DNA of 63,024 nucleotides, counting the filler, from Choristocarpus tenellus KU-1152 (Eukaryota > Protista > Phaeophyceae), in assembly GCA_964200185.2 (NCBI GenBank). It is 10 parts of 10 records of this genome, joined end to end, with 100 filler letters (N's around TTAATTAATTAA, not from the genome) between each part and the next. Parts side by side here need not be neighbours in the genome. Positions count along the whole stretch, not along the records: positions 37,494 to 40,476 come from CAXNAD020023168.1; positions 40,577 to 49,917 come from CAXNAD020003760.1; positions 50,018 to 53,983 come from CAXNAD020016883.1; 7 more parts are not named here. One strand, given 5' to 3'. Below, piece by piece: positions 38,021-51,190 of this stretch. The number at the start of each line of letters is the position of its first letter. Position 1 is the stretch's first letter. The position numbers and the translations under genes were made by a program. The notes beneath the pieces are model-generated. The model searched no databases and was not told the DNA's origin. It saw nothing but the letters and a program-made list of their open reading frames with translations.

Positions 38021-38242
38021 CTGGGAGGCAAAAAACAATTTATTTATTTTTTTTAAAGGCAAAAAAAAAAAAAAAATGTTTATGTGTGTGTGTGTGTCTG
38101 TGTGTGTGTGTGTCTCTCTCTCTCTGTGTGTGTGTGTATGTGTGTGTGTGTGTGTGTTTGAACTTTCTTCATTATTAAAAAAAAAACAATAGATGAACAC
38201 AAGATGAAAAATTAATATGTATCGAAGCGTGCCCTGACTAGA

Positions 38243-38353
38243 TTTTCATATACATGCTGTTGGTGTTGGCATCAACATATTAAGGTTTTCATATACATGC
38301 TGTTGGTGTTGGCATCAACATATTAAGGTTTTCATATACATGCTGTTGGTGTT
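38243..38353 (+). repeat. 43-bp minisatellite, about 2.6 copies
   Basis: Unit ttttcatatacatgctgttggtgttggcatcaacatattaagg at 38243, 38286 and 38329. Confidence 0.95.
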
Positions 38354-38714
38354 TACATTCTCCGCAAATCCCTCAAGTTCCTACATCATCTCGGACCACC
38401 TAAGAACCCCATCTACTCTCAGACACCTATCTATCTATATTACCTATCAAAGCAAGGTGCTCTTATCAAATCTACACACCAATATGTACACACCATGCCC
38501 GCAGAGGGAAGGACATCCTCCAAAAAAGGAGTAGCCCAAATGCAGTTATGTTATTTCAATAGGGTTATATAGGTAGACCCCGAAATCCACCCCTCAATTT
38601 TTTTTTTTAATTGGAAAACACAAAAAACAGGACCGTTCGAGGGGTGTAGTAGTAATAGTAGGAAGGCGTGCGTGTGTCTCTCACACGGCGTATGGAACAT
38701 GATATCACAAACAT

Positions 38715-38720
38715 ACACAC

Positions 38721-38766
<46 letters not shown>

Positions 38767-38877
38767 GAAGGGACTGTCACCAGTTTCTGTCAAGGTCACA
38801 ATCAGCGGTTGTACAAAACTAAACGGTCTAACGCAACACTCAGGCACAGCTAAGTGATACTTACAACAAAAATAGTC

Positions 38878-38925
<48 letters not shown>

Positions 38926-39060
38926 TTTATGTAGTACTAATGATAATGAATATAGTATTGATAATAATAACATAGTATCGATGAAAATAATAATAATATA
39001 GTATTGATAATAATATAGTATCAATAATACTATAAATATAGTATTAATAATAATGACGAC
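38715..39060 (+). repeat. (CA)n and (AAT)n microsatellites
   Basis: (CA)n at about 38715-38765; (AAT)n at about 38878-38925 with a degenerate extension to about 39055. Confidence 0.95.
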
Positions 39061-39684
39061 GATCACGACAACAAAAAGTTAAACAAGAATAATGATATCA
39101 CCTTTTTTAAATTAAAAGAGCTGACAACGCCAACAATAATAATAACAAAAAATAACAACGCATCACAAAAACAACACCGCACAGCAAACAAATACACCAC
39201 CGGTGGAAAAAACGCCATCGCCAATACCACCATCCACCACCATGAACATGAACATGAGCACCAACTACAACACTACTGTCCACTAAAACACAGAACAAAA
39301 ACAAAAACAGGAGTACTCCAATCCGCACCATGTATCAATCCACACCCTTACACTTTCCAACACGCCTTCTCAAAGAATTCGTGTAACACACAACGAATCC
39401 CTAACCCGAAACATTCCCTCACTCCCAGCACATCATATAACCTTAACCCTACACATCACTGCAGAACACAGTACTGCTGTATATACTTGAACCATCTCAA
39501 GACAGTAATATAATAGCGTTATACCCAGTTCACCATCAGGGGAAACTGGTTGCCAATCCACTATACCCTCATAATACAGTAGGCACCACATTATACTACA
39601 TATCACTTCACCAGCACCAAAATACAATGAATGGGTCCATTCATCTGAAAAAAACAGTCGGAACAGACTGAAACCGCTGTTCCT

Positions 39685-39732
<48 letters not shown>

Positions 39733-39858
39733 CACCCCAGCACGACCAAAAGCAACAAGCCCGCGGGCACCGGGAAAGCCAAAANNNNNNNNNNCAACAA
39801 CACAAAAAAAGAGCCCATATACCTTAAAAAAAAAAACGAAAACACCCAAAACCCCCAT

Positions 39859-39894
<36 letters not shown>

Positions 39895-40252
39895 CCCAAA
39901 ACAAGATGGTCACAAACGCTCAAGAATTTGCACTGTACCAACAAATTCTTAGCATTGTGAATCTTAGATTTGTTTTGTCTCAATTGCAATTGCAATTACA
40001 ATTACAATCAATAATGTCAAAAAAAGGTCACGAGGGAGGTGAGACCCCCAATCAGATATTTATAATGCAAACACACACTACTGTGCACACAACCTGCAGC
40101 AGGAAGGGGTGGTAGGGGTGGTAGGGGGGGGAGGGGGGGGGGGCTTCCATTTGTATGTCCGATAACACACAATCTAACACATAAAAATTCTCATGTTATT
40201 GGCCAATTTTTGGCTTAACTTTTACAACTTCAAACAGATGACTTTGGCATAG

Positions 40253-40374
40253 CAACACACAGAGGTTAATGGTTGAATCTTAATACAACACCTGTAATGA
40301 TTATACCTCCAACACACAGAGGTTAATGGTTGAATCTTAATACAACACCTGGAATGATTATACCTCCAACACAC
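40253..40374 (+). repeat. 57-bp tandem duplication
   Basis: caacacacagaggttaatggttgaatcttaatacaacacctgKaatgattatacctc at 40253 and 40310. Confidence 0.95.
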
Positions 40375-40648
40375 TCCCGCCTTCCCATCCCCCCCCCCCC
40401 CCAAAAAAAACAAAAAAAAAAAAAGAACATAATAAAAAAAAAAAAAAAAACAAAAAAAAAAAAAAAAAAAAAAAAANNNNNNNNNNNNNNNNNNNNNNNN
40501 NNNNNNNNNNNNNNNNNNNNTTAATTAATTAANNNNNNNNNNNNNNNNNNNNNNNNNNNNNNNNNNNNNNNNNNNNACAGAAACACCCCCCTTTTCATTT
40601 TGTTTTTTTTCCCCCCCCCCCCCCCCCGACAAACAAACTTTGCATTAC

Positions 40649-42775
40649 CTGCGGTATAACCCCTGAAGCATCAACATTTCTCTGAAACACCTCCGCATAC
40701 CCTGCCAAGGAGTCAACACCTTCCTGGATTCGAGCACCCCCGGAGTCATTGAGACCAATCACAGGCGCACCCACCTACATTGCAAGAAGTACATCAGTCA
40801 ATTGAGGGGAGAAGGAGTGGGAAGGAAGGGGAGGGAGTGAACGTTGGACATTTTTGCTTGGTGGGAGACCTGCGCCTCTACCACCCTGTAAAACCGAATT
40901 TATCTCACTATGAACTTCAGAAATGACCCCCACACGGGTGGTACTCAGCAAAAAAAAAAAAGTCTTGATAGTCCCCCATTATTTGCCCCCAGGATATTAA
41001 AAAAAAAATCTGATTGCAGTGTATTTACTGGTGAATGCACCAAACGAGCCTTTTTGTGTACTTCCTTTCCCAAAGATGTGACACTACACACACTATCATC
41101 ATCTTGGCCACAATGGCAAGCTGACTAGATTGAGAGTACAACCGATGTCAATTCCGTTGAACCCTTTCCTGTCAAGGCAACCCCGTTCTGTACACACATT
41201 CCACACAGGAAAAATGTCAGAAGGCATCAACAACATTGTAAATTTCATAAATCTATATTCTGGGTCGACGATCAAATCAACGCATACTTCAAAACTGGAC
41301 CCATTGCCACCCTTCCAACAAACCCCAAAACACACACAAGGGGTACTCCTACAAACCAAAATTTATACCCCATTGATTACATTCACTGCTACAACTACTT
41401 CACCTTGACGCACTTCAAGCGTTGTTCCTCTACACAATACATGCCATCGAAAATAATATAATTGGGACAACTCTAGAGTGACCCCGTGTCTCTTCCATCT
41501 CTTCCAACCATGCTCCAGTTGATCGTTTCGCTTTCACCAGACATACGATGGGGGTTGTGAACCCCACACAAGAGCAGCATGGAGGACCAAAACCAAATCA
41601 GTAAACAGTACAATTGCCGGCCTTTCCCTCCCAATAGACATAATAGGGTCTTATTGGATGGCAAGCCATTGACTAAATCTGGAGACTTCCCAATTTCTGC
41701 TGACTGAGAAATTGGAGGTAGATCGGTACGGTGTTGTGCTACTTACTGCTAAGTTCGTAAGTTCTTTTCAACAATTATTATCAGTGGTTTCTTGCATAGT
41801 CATACCATACCACCACCTAAGCTGAAACCTTGTTTAAGTCACTGCACCAACCCATGTCACATCCCATCTTCCCCAGGGTACAATATCTGTACACATGGAT
41901 ATGCTTACCTCCATGGCTTGGTCCATCACTTTGCAGATCTTCTGGGCATATGTTTCGGAAAGGCTGCCTCCCATAACAGTGAAGTCTTGGCTGAAAACAA
42001 ACACCATTCGGCCATTGATAGTACCCCGCCCTGACACCTGTGGACAACGGGAGATCAGAGACCCCACACAAGTGTAAGAATATTGGTCATTGCTAAGAGG
42101 GGGAGCAATAGGGGAGATGGAGGAGTCATTCGATAGGCTGCACTTCTATGCTCGGACCAAACTGCAATATTGGGTATCTGTGGAGAATCAGAGTTTGGTG
42201 CAAATAGCAAACAATCGGAATAGGCTGACTATTATAATCCTTGACCCCGACTCACACGATGCCCCTTGCAATACCTTCGCTTACTGGCAATGGTGGTTCA
42301 ATCCACTTCACTCCACCTTAAATCCCCCCACCAAAATCTATCTCCCCCAGAAAATAACATCTTGCCTACCATAGCTTCCATGTGCACTCACCACACCATC
42401 CCCTGGCAAATGCTCCTTGTCCATACCAAAGTCAATGCACCGGTGGGTCTTGAGCATGTCATACTCTCGAAACGATCCATCATCCAATAGCAGTGACAAT
42501 CTTTCACGCGCGGAAAGCTTACCCCTGGAGTGCTGCTTGGCCAGGCGATCCTCCCCACCTCCCCTCAATGCCTTCGCACGTTCCTCATCAAGACGGCCAC
42601 GAAACGATCGCTTCAACTCTGGGATATTGACTTTTGTGCTGTCTGCAACTGCCTCCGTACTCAGCTGTGCTGAAGGTGCTGGAACATGGATCCTGCATCG
42701 CTTACCATTGACAGGAGGTGTGGTGCTGATTGGAAACCCAGCTACAAGCTTCCAGCAGGCACGACGCTTGTACAA
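40649..42775 (-). CDS. PCCB: Propionyl-CoA carboxylase beta chain, mitochondrial (5' exons; partial)
   Basis: Exons ~42766-42392, 42037-41909, 40774-40649. Reads [42 protein letters not shown]...PGDGV|[39 protein letters not shown]|[42 protein letters not shown]. The start exon is probably near 42920-42870. Confidence 0.95.
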
Positions 42776-43789
42776 ATTTTCAAACGAAAACAGCAGACAT
42801 GAGAGGTAGGCAGGTTAGCAGGATTCGAGAAAGTCTCGCGGTATCAAAATAAGGAGCGATTCATTGCCGAGAGAACAATGCTGCGCAGCATACACTCTGT
42901 CGACGCGGAGTGCAGGAAGATCATGCGACCTGTATCAATTCACCAGTTGTGTCTTCACAGTGAATGGCCTTGGTTAATGCTGAGTTGGCTACAGGAGGTT
43001 GCGACGAGGAAAATTCATAGTCCCATAGTCTAGAAACAAAGTTCATATCATCTACAGGGGGTTGCAATGGAGATAACCCTTAGTTTCGAAGGCTAGAAAG
43101 TAGAGTTAATCTTCAAGTGTAAGACAAATTGTGACTTCACAAATTCCCTACTCCACAGTGATAGACCTATGATCTCGAGAAAACTCACCAAGTAGTGAAA
43201 ACAAAGCTCATCTATCAATACCACGGATCGATCAAGAAGGAAGGATGGAGGGGGAATGCTTTTTTGCATTCGTCAAGATTGGCGAGTATATTACATCTTT
43301 GAGATCCGACCTTCCCTGATTAGGATTGGAAACAGTGAACTATTGGATGCTACCCACGAGTTTGGATTTGTCGCACCTGTACCGCTACTGCCGAGCGAAT
43401 GCCAGAGGTTCCGATTGCCCAGAGCATGGTTGTGATGGGATGGTATCCGACTTTGTACTGACAGGCTCAGTGCTGGACTCTATCTACACAATCAGAGAGC
43501 CAGCCTTCTTTGAACTAATAACATTGTTTGGAGCGAGTTTAAAGTTTGGAATAGAGCAAGTGCGACTTGTATTGTTCGACTTGAATTGATAACCAATGAT
43601 TCGACCAATAAGAGAACACCTTTTATTGTTGGCATGTTCAACAATACACAACAAACACCCATGACGACGGACAGATCTAATGGAAGAAATGTTAGTTGGG
43701 GTATAGTAATAAATCTGTACATGGGTGGATCCTTCTTGTACAGATAAATCTAGTAGTTTTGTGAGAGTCATCTTCCAAATAAGGTATAC

Positions 43790-44057
43790 CTTTAAGGTGA
43801 CCTACCTTCAACGTCTGTTGCTCATATGAGATCTGTTATTCATTGCTGAAGTTAAAATCTGCTTGAAGTACATAGAGGCTGGTTTGAGGGGACCTTGCGA
43901 ACCCCCCTTATTCACGTTTTGCTTGTTCACTGAGTGATCTTTTGAGGGATTGCCCTCACTCCCGCCTTATATCTCTCCAATTCCCTTCCTCCTATGGGTC
44001 TTCCCACTCCCCTTCAGTCTGGAGAATCTGTCGGTCTGTTTCCATCTGTTTCACAGT
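43790..44057. repeat. Interspersed repeat, homologous to 51420-51696
   Basis: Shared blocks aaggtgac, tctgcttgaagta, gaccttgcRaacccccct, gagtgatctt, gggtcttccc.ctcccctt, tgtttccatctgtttcacagt. Confidence 0.8.
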
Positions 44058-47000
44058 TGTCTTCATTTTTTTTTAGTAGCCGTACAAGAGGAGAGAAGTG
44101 GAGGTGATACTCAATTAAACACAAAAAAATCAAAGGACAAAAATGCAACAGGTTCCTCTTCATCCACGTTGTGACATTGTCGCTTTCAATCCTACCTTGT
44201 TGCTGTCTGGTGCTAGTGGTAGTATAACTTGCTGACTACTCAACCGTACACACAATGAAAATGGAGCTGGGTTAACACCTACCTGGATATAGAAGGAATA
44301 ATAAATAACGATGCACGATGATGACGGGGGGGGGGAGGTAGAAAAGGCAAGTTGAAATTGAATGGGTGGCATTGCTTGTGGTTATCGTTTTTGAATCAAT
44401 AACGCTGATTATAATAACTGGCGATTCTTCAACAACACTAATGAATGAACCTTCTTGTTGTGTGGGAAGAACCAGGTTTTGAAGTGGTTGGTTGGATATA
44501 TTATTTACTGTGTGAGGCGTTTACTATTGAATTAAGAACAATAGTTAATTGAAATTTATTGTTGTACACACCAATACAAGTAGTGGTAGTACTGGTAGTT
44601 GTGAGCGCTTAAGGATGAAAGGGATAATAATGATGTATCATTCCGCTTCTTTGTGTATTATGTTGATGCAGTAGCCATCCTTGTATATATACATTGTGTT
44701 GTTGAAGCCGCAGTACACAAGTCGAACACGAGACATATTAGTGATTGATTCACCCTATCTAATGATGGTGATCAGTTAGCCGGTGAGGTATCTGTTTCCA
44801 GCAAAGAAGTTGCTACCAAGAAAGGAGGGGGGTGATGCAAGTGTAAAGGACCTTTCATTATAATCACCAAGATCACTATCAACACCAAGAACCCATGACC
44901 TGTTTACAGCCAGAAGAGATGAGATACCCCACAGATAGAAAGGTGGATACAGAAAGAAGAGTGGATGTGCCCCAACCTATAAACCCACTCTACCGTGACC
45001 AATGAAAATGAATCCTCGCATGTTACGTATGAGTGGTGTCCGCACAACCTGCCGAGACTGTTCATTTATTATTGTCACGAAAAAATATCTACTCAACTCA
45101 CAATAAGGACAATACAATAGTTGAAAGGTTGATTTTAATTGGTTTCTACATAGTTTTTCGGATGATACATACAGCTCTAAATATATATATATATATGTTC
45201 TTATTAGTGTACGATTGCTGTCCTTTTCGTTTCGTACAGAGCTTAGAGGTTACAGTTGATGTGTTATCAGAATTCCGTAATGATGAGATGTATTAATTTT
45301 TGACAGCACCACTTACTTCCTTCCCAAGTGATACTTCTGAACCTACTAAGTTTTTTCTTTCCCTTGTCATACAAACACATGGGCTCCATGCTCTAACCAA
45401 TCCACTCGATTCATTCACTTTACTCTGTCACTATTATACCTGTTGCATGTCGAAGTCCATCAGAACTTTCTGGGGGTTGGTAAAAACGTGCTTCTTATGG
45501 AATCCCTCAGATTGGGCTGTTTGTGTCACGTGTCTCAACTTAGATTTCTAAGGACGTTAGGGCTACAATTAAAATTTTATGTATAAATTGCGAAGAGTAC
45601 ATATAAAATATATTTAAATGTAAAAACACCTAGCAATTGTTCAGTTTCTGTCAATAAACAAGAGTACTATCATTAGATTTTCAAATTGCTTCGGGTTCTA
45701 ACATCCTCAAATACCCTGCTTCCCTCATAGCTCCAGTCTGATAGCAGTGCAAGCATCAGATAGATCTTATTCTGGGGAGACTATGGACAGTTTTTTTTGT
45801 CTTCAACTAAAGGTATGCCCCATTGCGGGACCTTTTTTGGGTTGTTTTTTGCTCATTTTGGAGGTGGGGGACTGGACCTTTTTAGGATCTATTGGAATTG
45901 TTAGGTACCCCTTATGTTGTTGATCCCTCTCTTGCTGTGCTCGATATCATTTTTGGAGTTCTTTCATCACCTGTGCACATTTATGCAGAGTCTGGACAAG
46001 GTCGAAATAAACAGCAGTAAACAAAAAAAAAAGCAATAGCACCAGGTGCAGGTCTAGCCTGTAACTATGAGTGTTGTTGGCACCCAAGCCGGTCCAGGTA
46101 CAGAGTCACAGGTACAGATGTGGGTATCGGGACCTGCACCTGCGACTCTGGGACCCGTGAACCCTCACTGTGAAATGCCTACTGTGTAAAGCGCTGCTCA
46201 TAGTATTCTCCTCCTACTAGTTTTGTTTCCATTCTCAGCATCCACGAGAGTGCAGAAGTGTAACTGCCTATAATCCTTGTCAGTCTATCAATGTACTTAC
46301 GGCACAGATTGGAGGTTATTTTGATGCGGCTGACACACTACCCTGAGAAGGATTGAGTGAGGTTCCTCCCGACTCTGAACAGATCGACCTCTAGATACCC
46401 TAAAAAAAGTAGTGGGCTTCTGTGCCTGAAGGCATGGACTTGAGATCTAAAGCATAAAACAAATAAAGTATTGATTTATGACCTCCTTGAGAGGTCTGGA
46501 GCAAAAAGCACTTGAAGAGAATTTATCACTAGAACTGTCCCACTTTCAGCACAAGTAAATACTTCAAAGCACACAATTACATCACAATATTAGCAGCTTT
46601 TATATAACATGAGATTCAAATCAGTATCCACAATGTTCAGGTATTGGTACTCATGGATCATGCCAGGCAGAAAGGCATACTAAAAAAGGTTTTCATTATC
46701 AGTTCAAGTGTGCCTTCTATGTCAACCGCCACGGTGGACCACAGTACTTACCATCACACCAATTCAATGCCTTGAAAGAGACATGGGATCATGAGGATAA
46801 GAAAATGATACTTGAGCAGAGGGAACTGTAAAGGGTGAGTATCAATGATCAACTCCTGCTCATCGCAACTAAGCAATCTCCAGGGAAGAAGAGAGATAGT
46901 ACATGATTCCACTATGAGTAATAGATTAACAGTCACTTTACCTAGTTGGTCAATATTGAACACTAATGAGTGGAAACCATACAGTTTTGATATTTGAAGA

Positions 47001-47228
47001 GCATATAATCCTTGCAATTGGTGTATCAGTGCAGACAGTGGATATATCCATAGTTGTGTCATAATTGTGGATTTCAAACAAATTCCCTCCAATGAGGTAG
47101 ATATAGATATCCATGACTGTGATACATGCATAAATCAAGTGGCCAAGGCCCGTCTGTCAATATGAGACAAAACCGTAGCAAAACAACTGAGCCTCCACTA
47201 GAAATAATTTTCCCACCTCGGCATTCCC

Positions 47229-48606
47229 TCAGTTGACAGTCCAGAACTCGTCAAAATCATCACCTTTGTTGCCCTCTGTTGACCTCTCAACGAGGCTTAT
47301 CCTGCGAAGGGGCCTGGGAGGCGTCCTGCTAAGTGGTCGTCCCACTTTCTCCTGCTTTGGGTCCCCCTCCCCGAGCTTTGCAGAGATAGCTGTTGATTCC
47401 ACTACAGGGCTAGGCTCCGTCGCCCAGTAGCCAACACCTGGACCAAGGGCACTTAATGGTGCTTGCACCTTATCACCTGTAGGAGAGATGGGCTCCTCCT
47501 CCTGGACTAGCTCACCCAGAGAAAATGATGATGTTGTATTCCTCCTCCCCCTGGATCTACACCGCCTGTCACTGCCTGAGGTGCTGATAGGGAGCATATT
47601 TTCCTTCGGTAGGCTGCTCACCCTGTCACCTCCTGTGCTAACCGAGCTGCCACAGCGTACCTGCTTTTCACTCAAGTATTTGGCGGGGTTTCGTGGACTC
47701 ATTGTCTGTCCCCAGTCTGGGGCGTTGATCTCACCGAGAATGTTTCTATCCAGGTGAAGCGATTGCGCCCTAGTCCTTGCTTTACTATGGTTTCGAGTGG
47801 GTGTGCTCACACCCCGACCATTGGGGTTCGAGTCCAGAAGCGAAAGACGCTCGAGGGCAGGTGAGGTTATGCAAAGCACCCCAGGGGTCTTAGCCTGTTC
47901 TATGAGTTTGTCGACGAGGAGCGCAACATCAGCCCTCTTTAGATACACAGATGGCTGAGAACCGGACTTGACTTGCGTAGCAAGTCTTGTTATAGCCGAC
48001 TCAAACGCTGGATCCAAGTTCCTCTTCGTGCTCTTTGGAGTGACAATATTGTCTTCGCGTGACCTTGGTGGTGGAGGCTTCTTCTTCCCTATCCCCTTCT
48101 GAGTTGGGGAATGAACCAGTACTACCGAAGGCTTGGAGGTATTAGACGAGGTCCGAATGGAGATAGTGCGCCTTACGAGCTCACTAATTACTACCAATGC
48201 TGCGGCATGTATTGCAGGGACAGTGCTGGCTGGACCAAATACCAGCCACAACTGCGAAGATGCAAATATGGGAAAAAAGGAATGGGGAAATTGAGTAGAT
48301 GATAGATGGAGAGAGGGAGATTTAAATCGAAAAATTCCTTTATCGAAAACTATAGGGTTCATAATCTAGCTCTTCTGCACTCGAAGCGCACTTCATCCTA
48401 CGGAACGTTGTCCAAGGGACATGAGAAGAGAATGGTCACTGAACCAGAAGTATCCAACATTCCGACACAAAAACAGCGTCGACACCACGGAGAAAATAGT
48501 GACAGGGAGAAATTAGAAGAGAGAATTTTCATCAATGGCACAAGGTTCAGTTTCTAGGGAAGATACTTCTCACCGCCACTGCTATCAGCGGCGCCACAGA
48601 AGACAT
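47229..48606 (-). CDS. Unknown ~351-aa protein with a hydrophobic N-terminus and a long S/P/R-rich tail
   Basis: Exon 1 48606-48574 (MSSVAPLIAVA|gtgaga) splices in phase 0 to exon 2 48251-47229 (cttcgcag|LWLVFGPAST...DDFDEFWTVN*). Exon 2 is a 1-kb open frame. Confidence 0.65.
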
Positions 48607-49784
48607 GTCGTCTGCTGTAAAAGACAGATGCATGTCCGATGCCGTTGACAGTCTCTGGCAACAACAGCAAGGATGCCACGGTGAAAAGTCAACCACTGAT
48701 TCTCCCACTTCAAAGCAAGGAATTCCAGTCTCTCAGAGGTCTTAGTAGTTTACCCTTTTCGCCGTTGCGAGGTTAAGGGACTACTGTGAGGTCATCGATG
48801 AACAACAGAGTCCTTCAGTTTGATAAGTTCCGGTGGGAGGGTTAGGGAATTATGTTCTTCTTTTCAGAATCATAACCCTACAACTACATATATCATTGAT
48901 AGTGTACATACTACTCGATATTCAGATATAAAGAGCGTAGTACGTACGTATTTTGTTGTACAATACCATCAAACTTCAAAATAACACCAACGGCCATTCA
49001 CCGTTTAATGAATAACGGTTGAGTATTATGTTATTGATTATTCAAATAATCAAACATTCATCACTTTATGTTATCTCAAACGTCACAAGTTGACCGATTA
49101 CCCCCATAACTTCCACACATAATTTCACTTGAATGTAAGTTCCACACAGTATTTTATAGAAAATATAAATATATATTGGGAATCGTTGAGGCAATCAGTT
49201 GGGGGATAAAATCGGAGATCATTTTTAATTTGGAATGTGTCTATAACAACAAAATGACTGGGTTTCCATTTCTTCCCACCAATAATCTCTGTATGTAAAG
49301 GATATTTTTAAGTAGTGAGGGGTGAGGTAATAGGAAACAGGATCTTGATGTTTTTGTAGAAAACAATAAATTCTTATGTGTATGTCCTGTTCTATCTTCC
49401 GACATATGTATGGGAATATGGCATGCATATAATACATGGTGTTGCCCCACCACTACCACCAAGGACAACCTTAATTTTGAATTTGTGGTATTCTGTTTTT
49501 TTATTGATAAAAAGATAACGCACAAACTGGAGAAGGAAATTTTCATATGACCTCATCATACGCAAGGACCCACCACCCACCCATCACCACCCATCACCCA
49601 CGCACTACCACCCATGCAGGTTCACTCTAATATTTACATGAAAGAAAGATAAAAAGTGGTGAATCGTTTGGAAATAGATAGGTAACAAGGTGTAGTGTCT
49701 TACACAAAAAAATTCTAGTGATTCTATGTTAGATGTTTCATCTTACAAGATATATCGGAATATATGATATATAGTACCGCATGG

Positions 49785-49917
49785 TAGGAGGGAGAGGAGC
49801 AGGAGGATATGGCAGGAAAGGAGTAGTTAAATAATCCAGGCTACGCCAAATTGTTTCGGTGACTACGCAAGTGGCATTGTCTCGACGTGCCATGCCTTTT
49901 AAGCTGGAGTCACCAGG
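49785..49917 (+). mobile_element. Non-LTR retrotransposon 3' fragment (same family as 50770-51129)
   Basis: ggagggagaggagcaggaggatatggcaggaaaggagtagtt...ggctacgccaaatt...actacgcaagtggca aligns to 50925-51055. Confidence 0.8.
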
Positions 49918-50759
49918 NNNNNNNNNNNNNNNNNNNNNNNNNNNNNNNNNNNNNNNNNNNNTTAATTAATTAANNNNNNNNNNNNNNNNNNNNNNNNNNN
50001 NNNNNNNNNNNNNNNNNGATTGACCTGTGGAGTCTCCTAGGATCCATAATTGTTTTCTTGTAAGTTCTCAAGAGTTGTTTGAGCTAGGGAGGATGTTCGA
50101 GTAGACTCTTCCAACTCGGACAGTTATGGTAAAATATGTATGGGGTAAAGGAACAATCAATTAGCAGTTGAGTTATCAGAACCTTTTACTAGTGACTAGT
50201 TGTATGAGAATTTTTCTCATATAAAAGGAAATATATCTGATTTTATGGGTGTTGCATGCCTCACTTAACTTTAATCAATCACTCTACAGACATCAAGCAA
50301 TCTCGCCAGGTTTATCACCTTTATCCTCTTTGATGATTTGGGAGATACTTTAACAGTACATCACGGGTGGCCATTTTGCACCTTGTGACACCTTATACAA
50401 TGTGTCCCTATATATTAATCCCATATAGGCATCTTGTGGGAAGTACCTCTACAAGCAAAATGGCCACCCGTGATACTACAGTACACAGCACAGACATTAC
50501 AGTACGACAGAAACGCGCGCAAAATTTCAAAAAAATTCAATCACGATCCTCATCAGTAGACAGTGCAGAAAGACAATTCAATCACGATTACGATCAACCT
50601 ACTCTCAGACTTTCGATCCATGAGCTGATGCACCTCGACATGTTTTATTTTGTTTTATTTCAGAAATGACTTTGGGAAAGTTGTTAAGTAATGAAAAAAA
50701 ACGCGAGTTTGCTCGATATAAGAGAGAAGTACAACCTCCCACCTCACCCACTCATCCAC

Positions 50760-51190
50760 CAGCAATGGTGTGACTTCTGCTGCAGCTGAGGTGCGAAAGC
50801 GCACCCACTACGGCGGCTTTTTTGATCCTCGTCGTAGTTATAACCTCAACACCTTCACGGTGGAAAGTTTTGTGCGCCTCGGTAAGCAAGCGGAATGCTT
50901 CCTGGATGAGCTGGCTACTTGCATGGTAGGAGGGAGAGGAGCGGGAGGATATAGCAGGAAAGGAGTAGTTAAATCCCGGCTACGCCAAATTATCTCGGTA
51001 ACTACGCAAGTGGCACTGTCTAGACGTGTCATGTGTTTTAAGGTGGAATCACCAGGGAGATGGGCACGGAGGGGTTTATTGGATTCTTGGGATGCCTCCG
51101 TAGCTCCTCCTCCCAGGGTACAGGTATAGGTAGATTGGAGACACAGGAAGGCAGTAGTGCAACGTAGATAGTGGTGAAGTAACACATGGA
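50760..51190 (+). mobile_element. 5'-truncated non-LTR retrotransposon (CRE-like, restriction-like endonuclease C-terminus)
   Basis: AAAEVRKRTHY...FTVESFVRLGKQAECFLDELA...LRQIISVTTQVALSRRV matches the K..HY...F.VE.FGRLG..A..FL..LA...ISV.LQ end of RLE-type elements. Confidence 0.7.

Noticed and set aside
38243-38353. 43-bp repeats as a CRISPR array
   Set aside because: Head-to-tail units with no unique spacers, in a eukaryotic intron, with no cas genes.
38551-39995. Poly-Y, poly-HT/CV and poly-G ORFs
   Set aside because: They are microsatellite and homopolymer translations.
43326-45296. Possible plus-strand exons diverging from the PCCB promoter
   Set aside because: Isolated AG/GT-bounded open segments with no recognisable product and no consistent phase chain.
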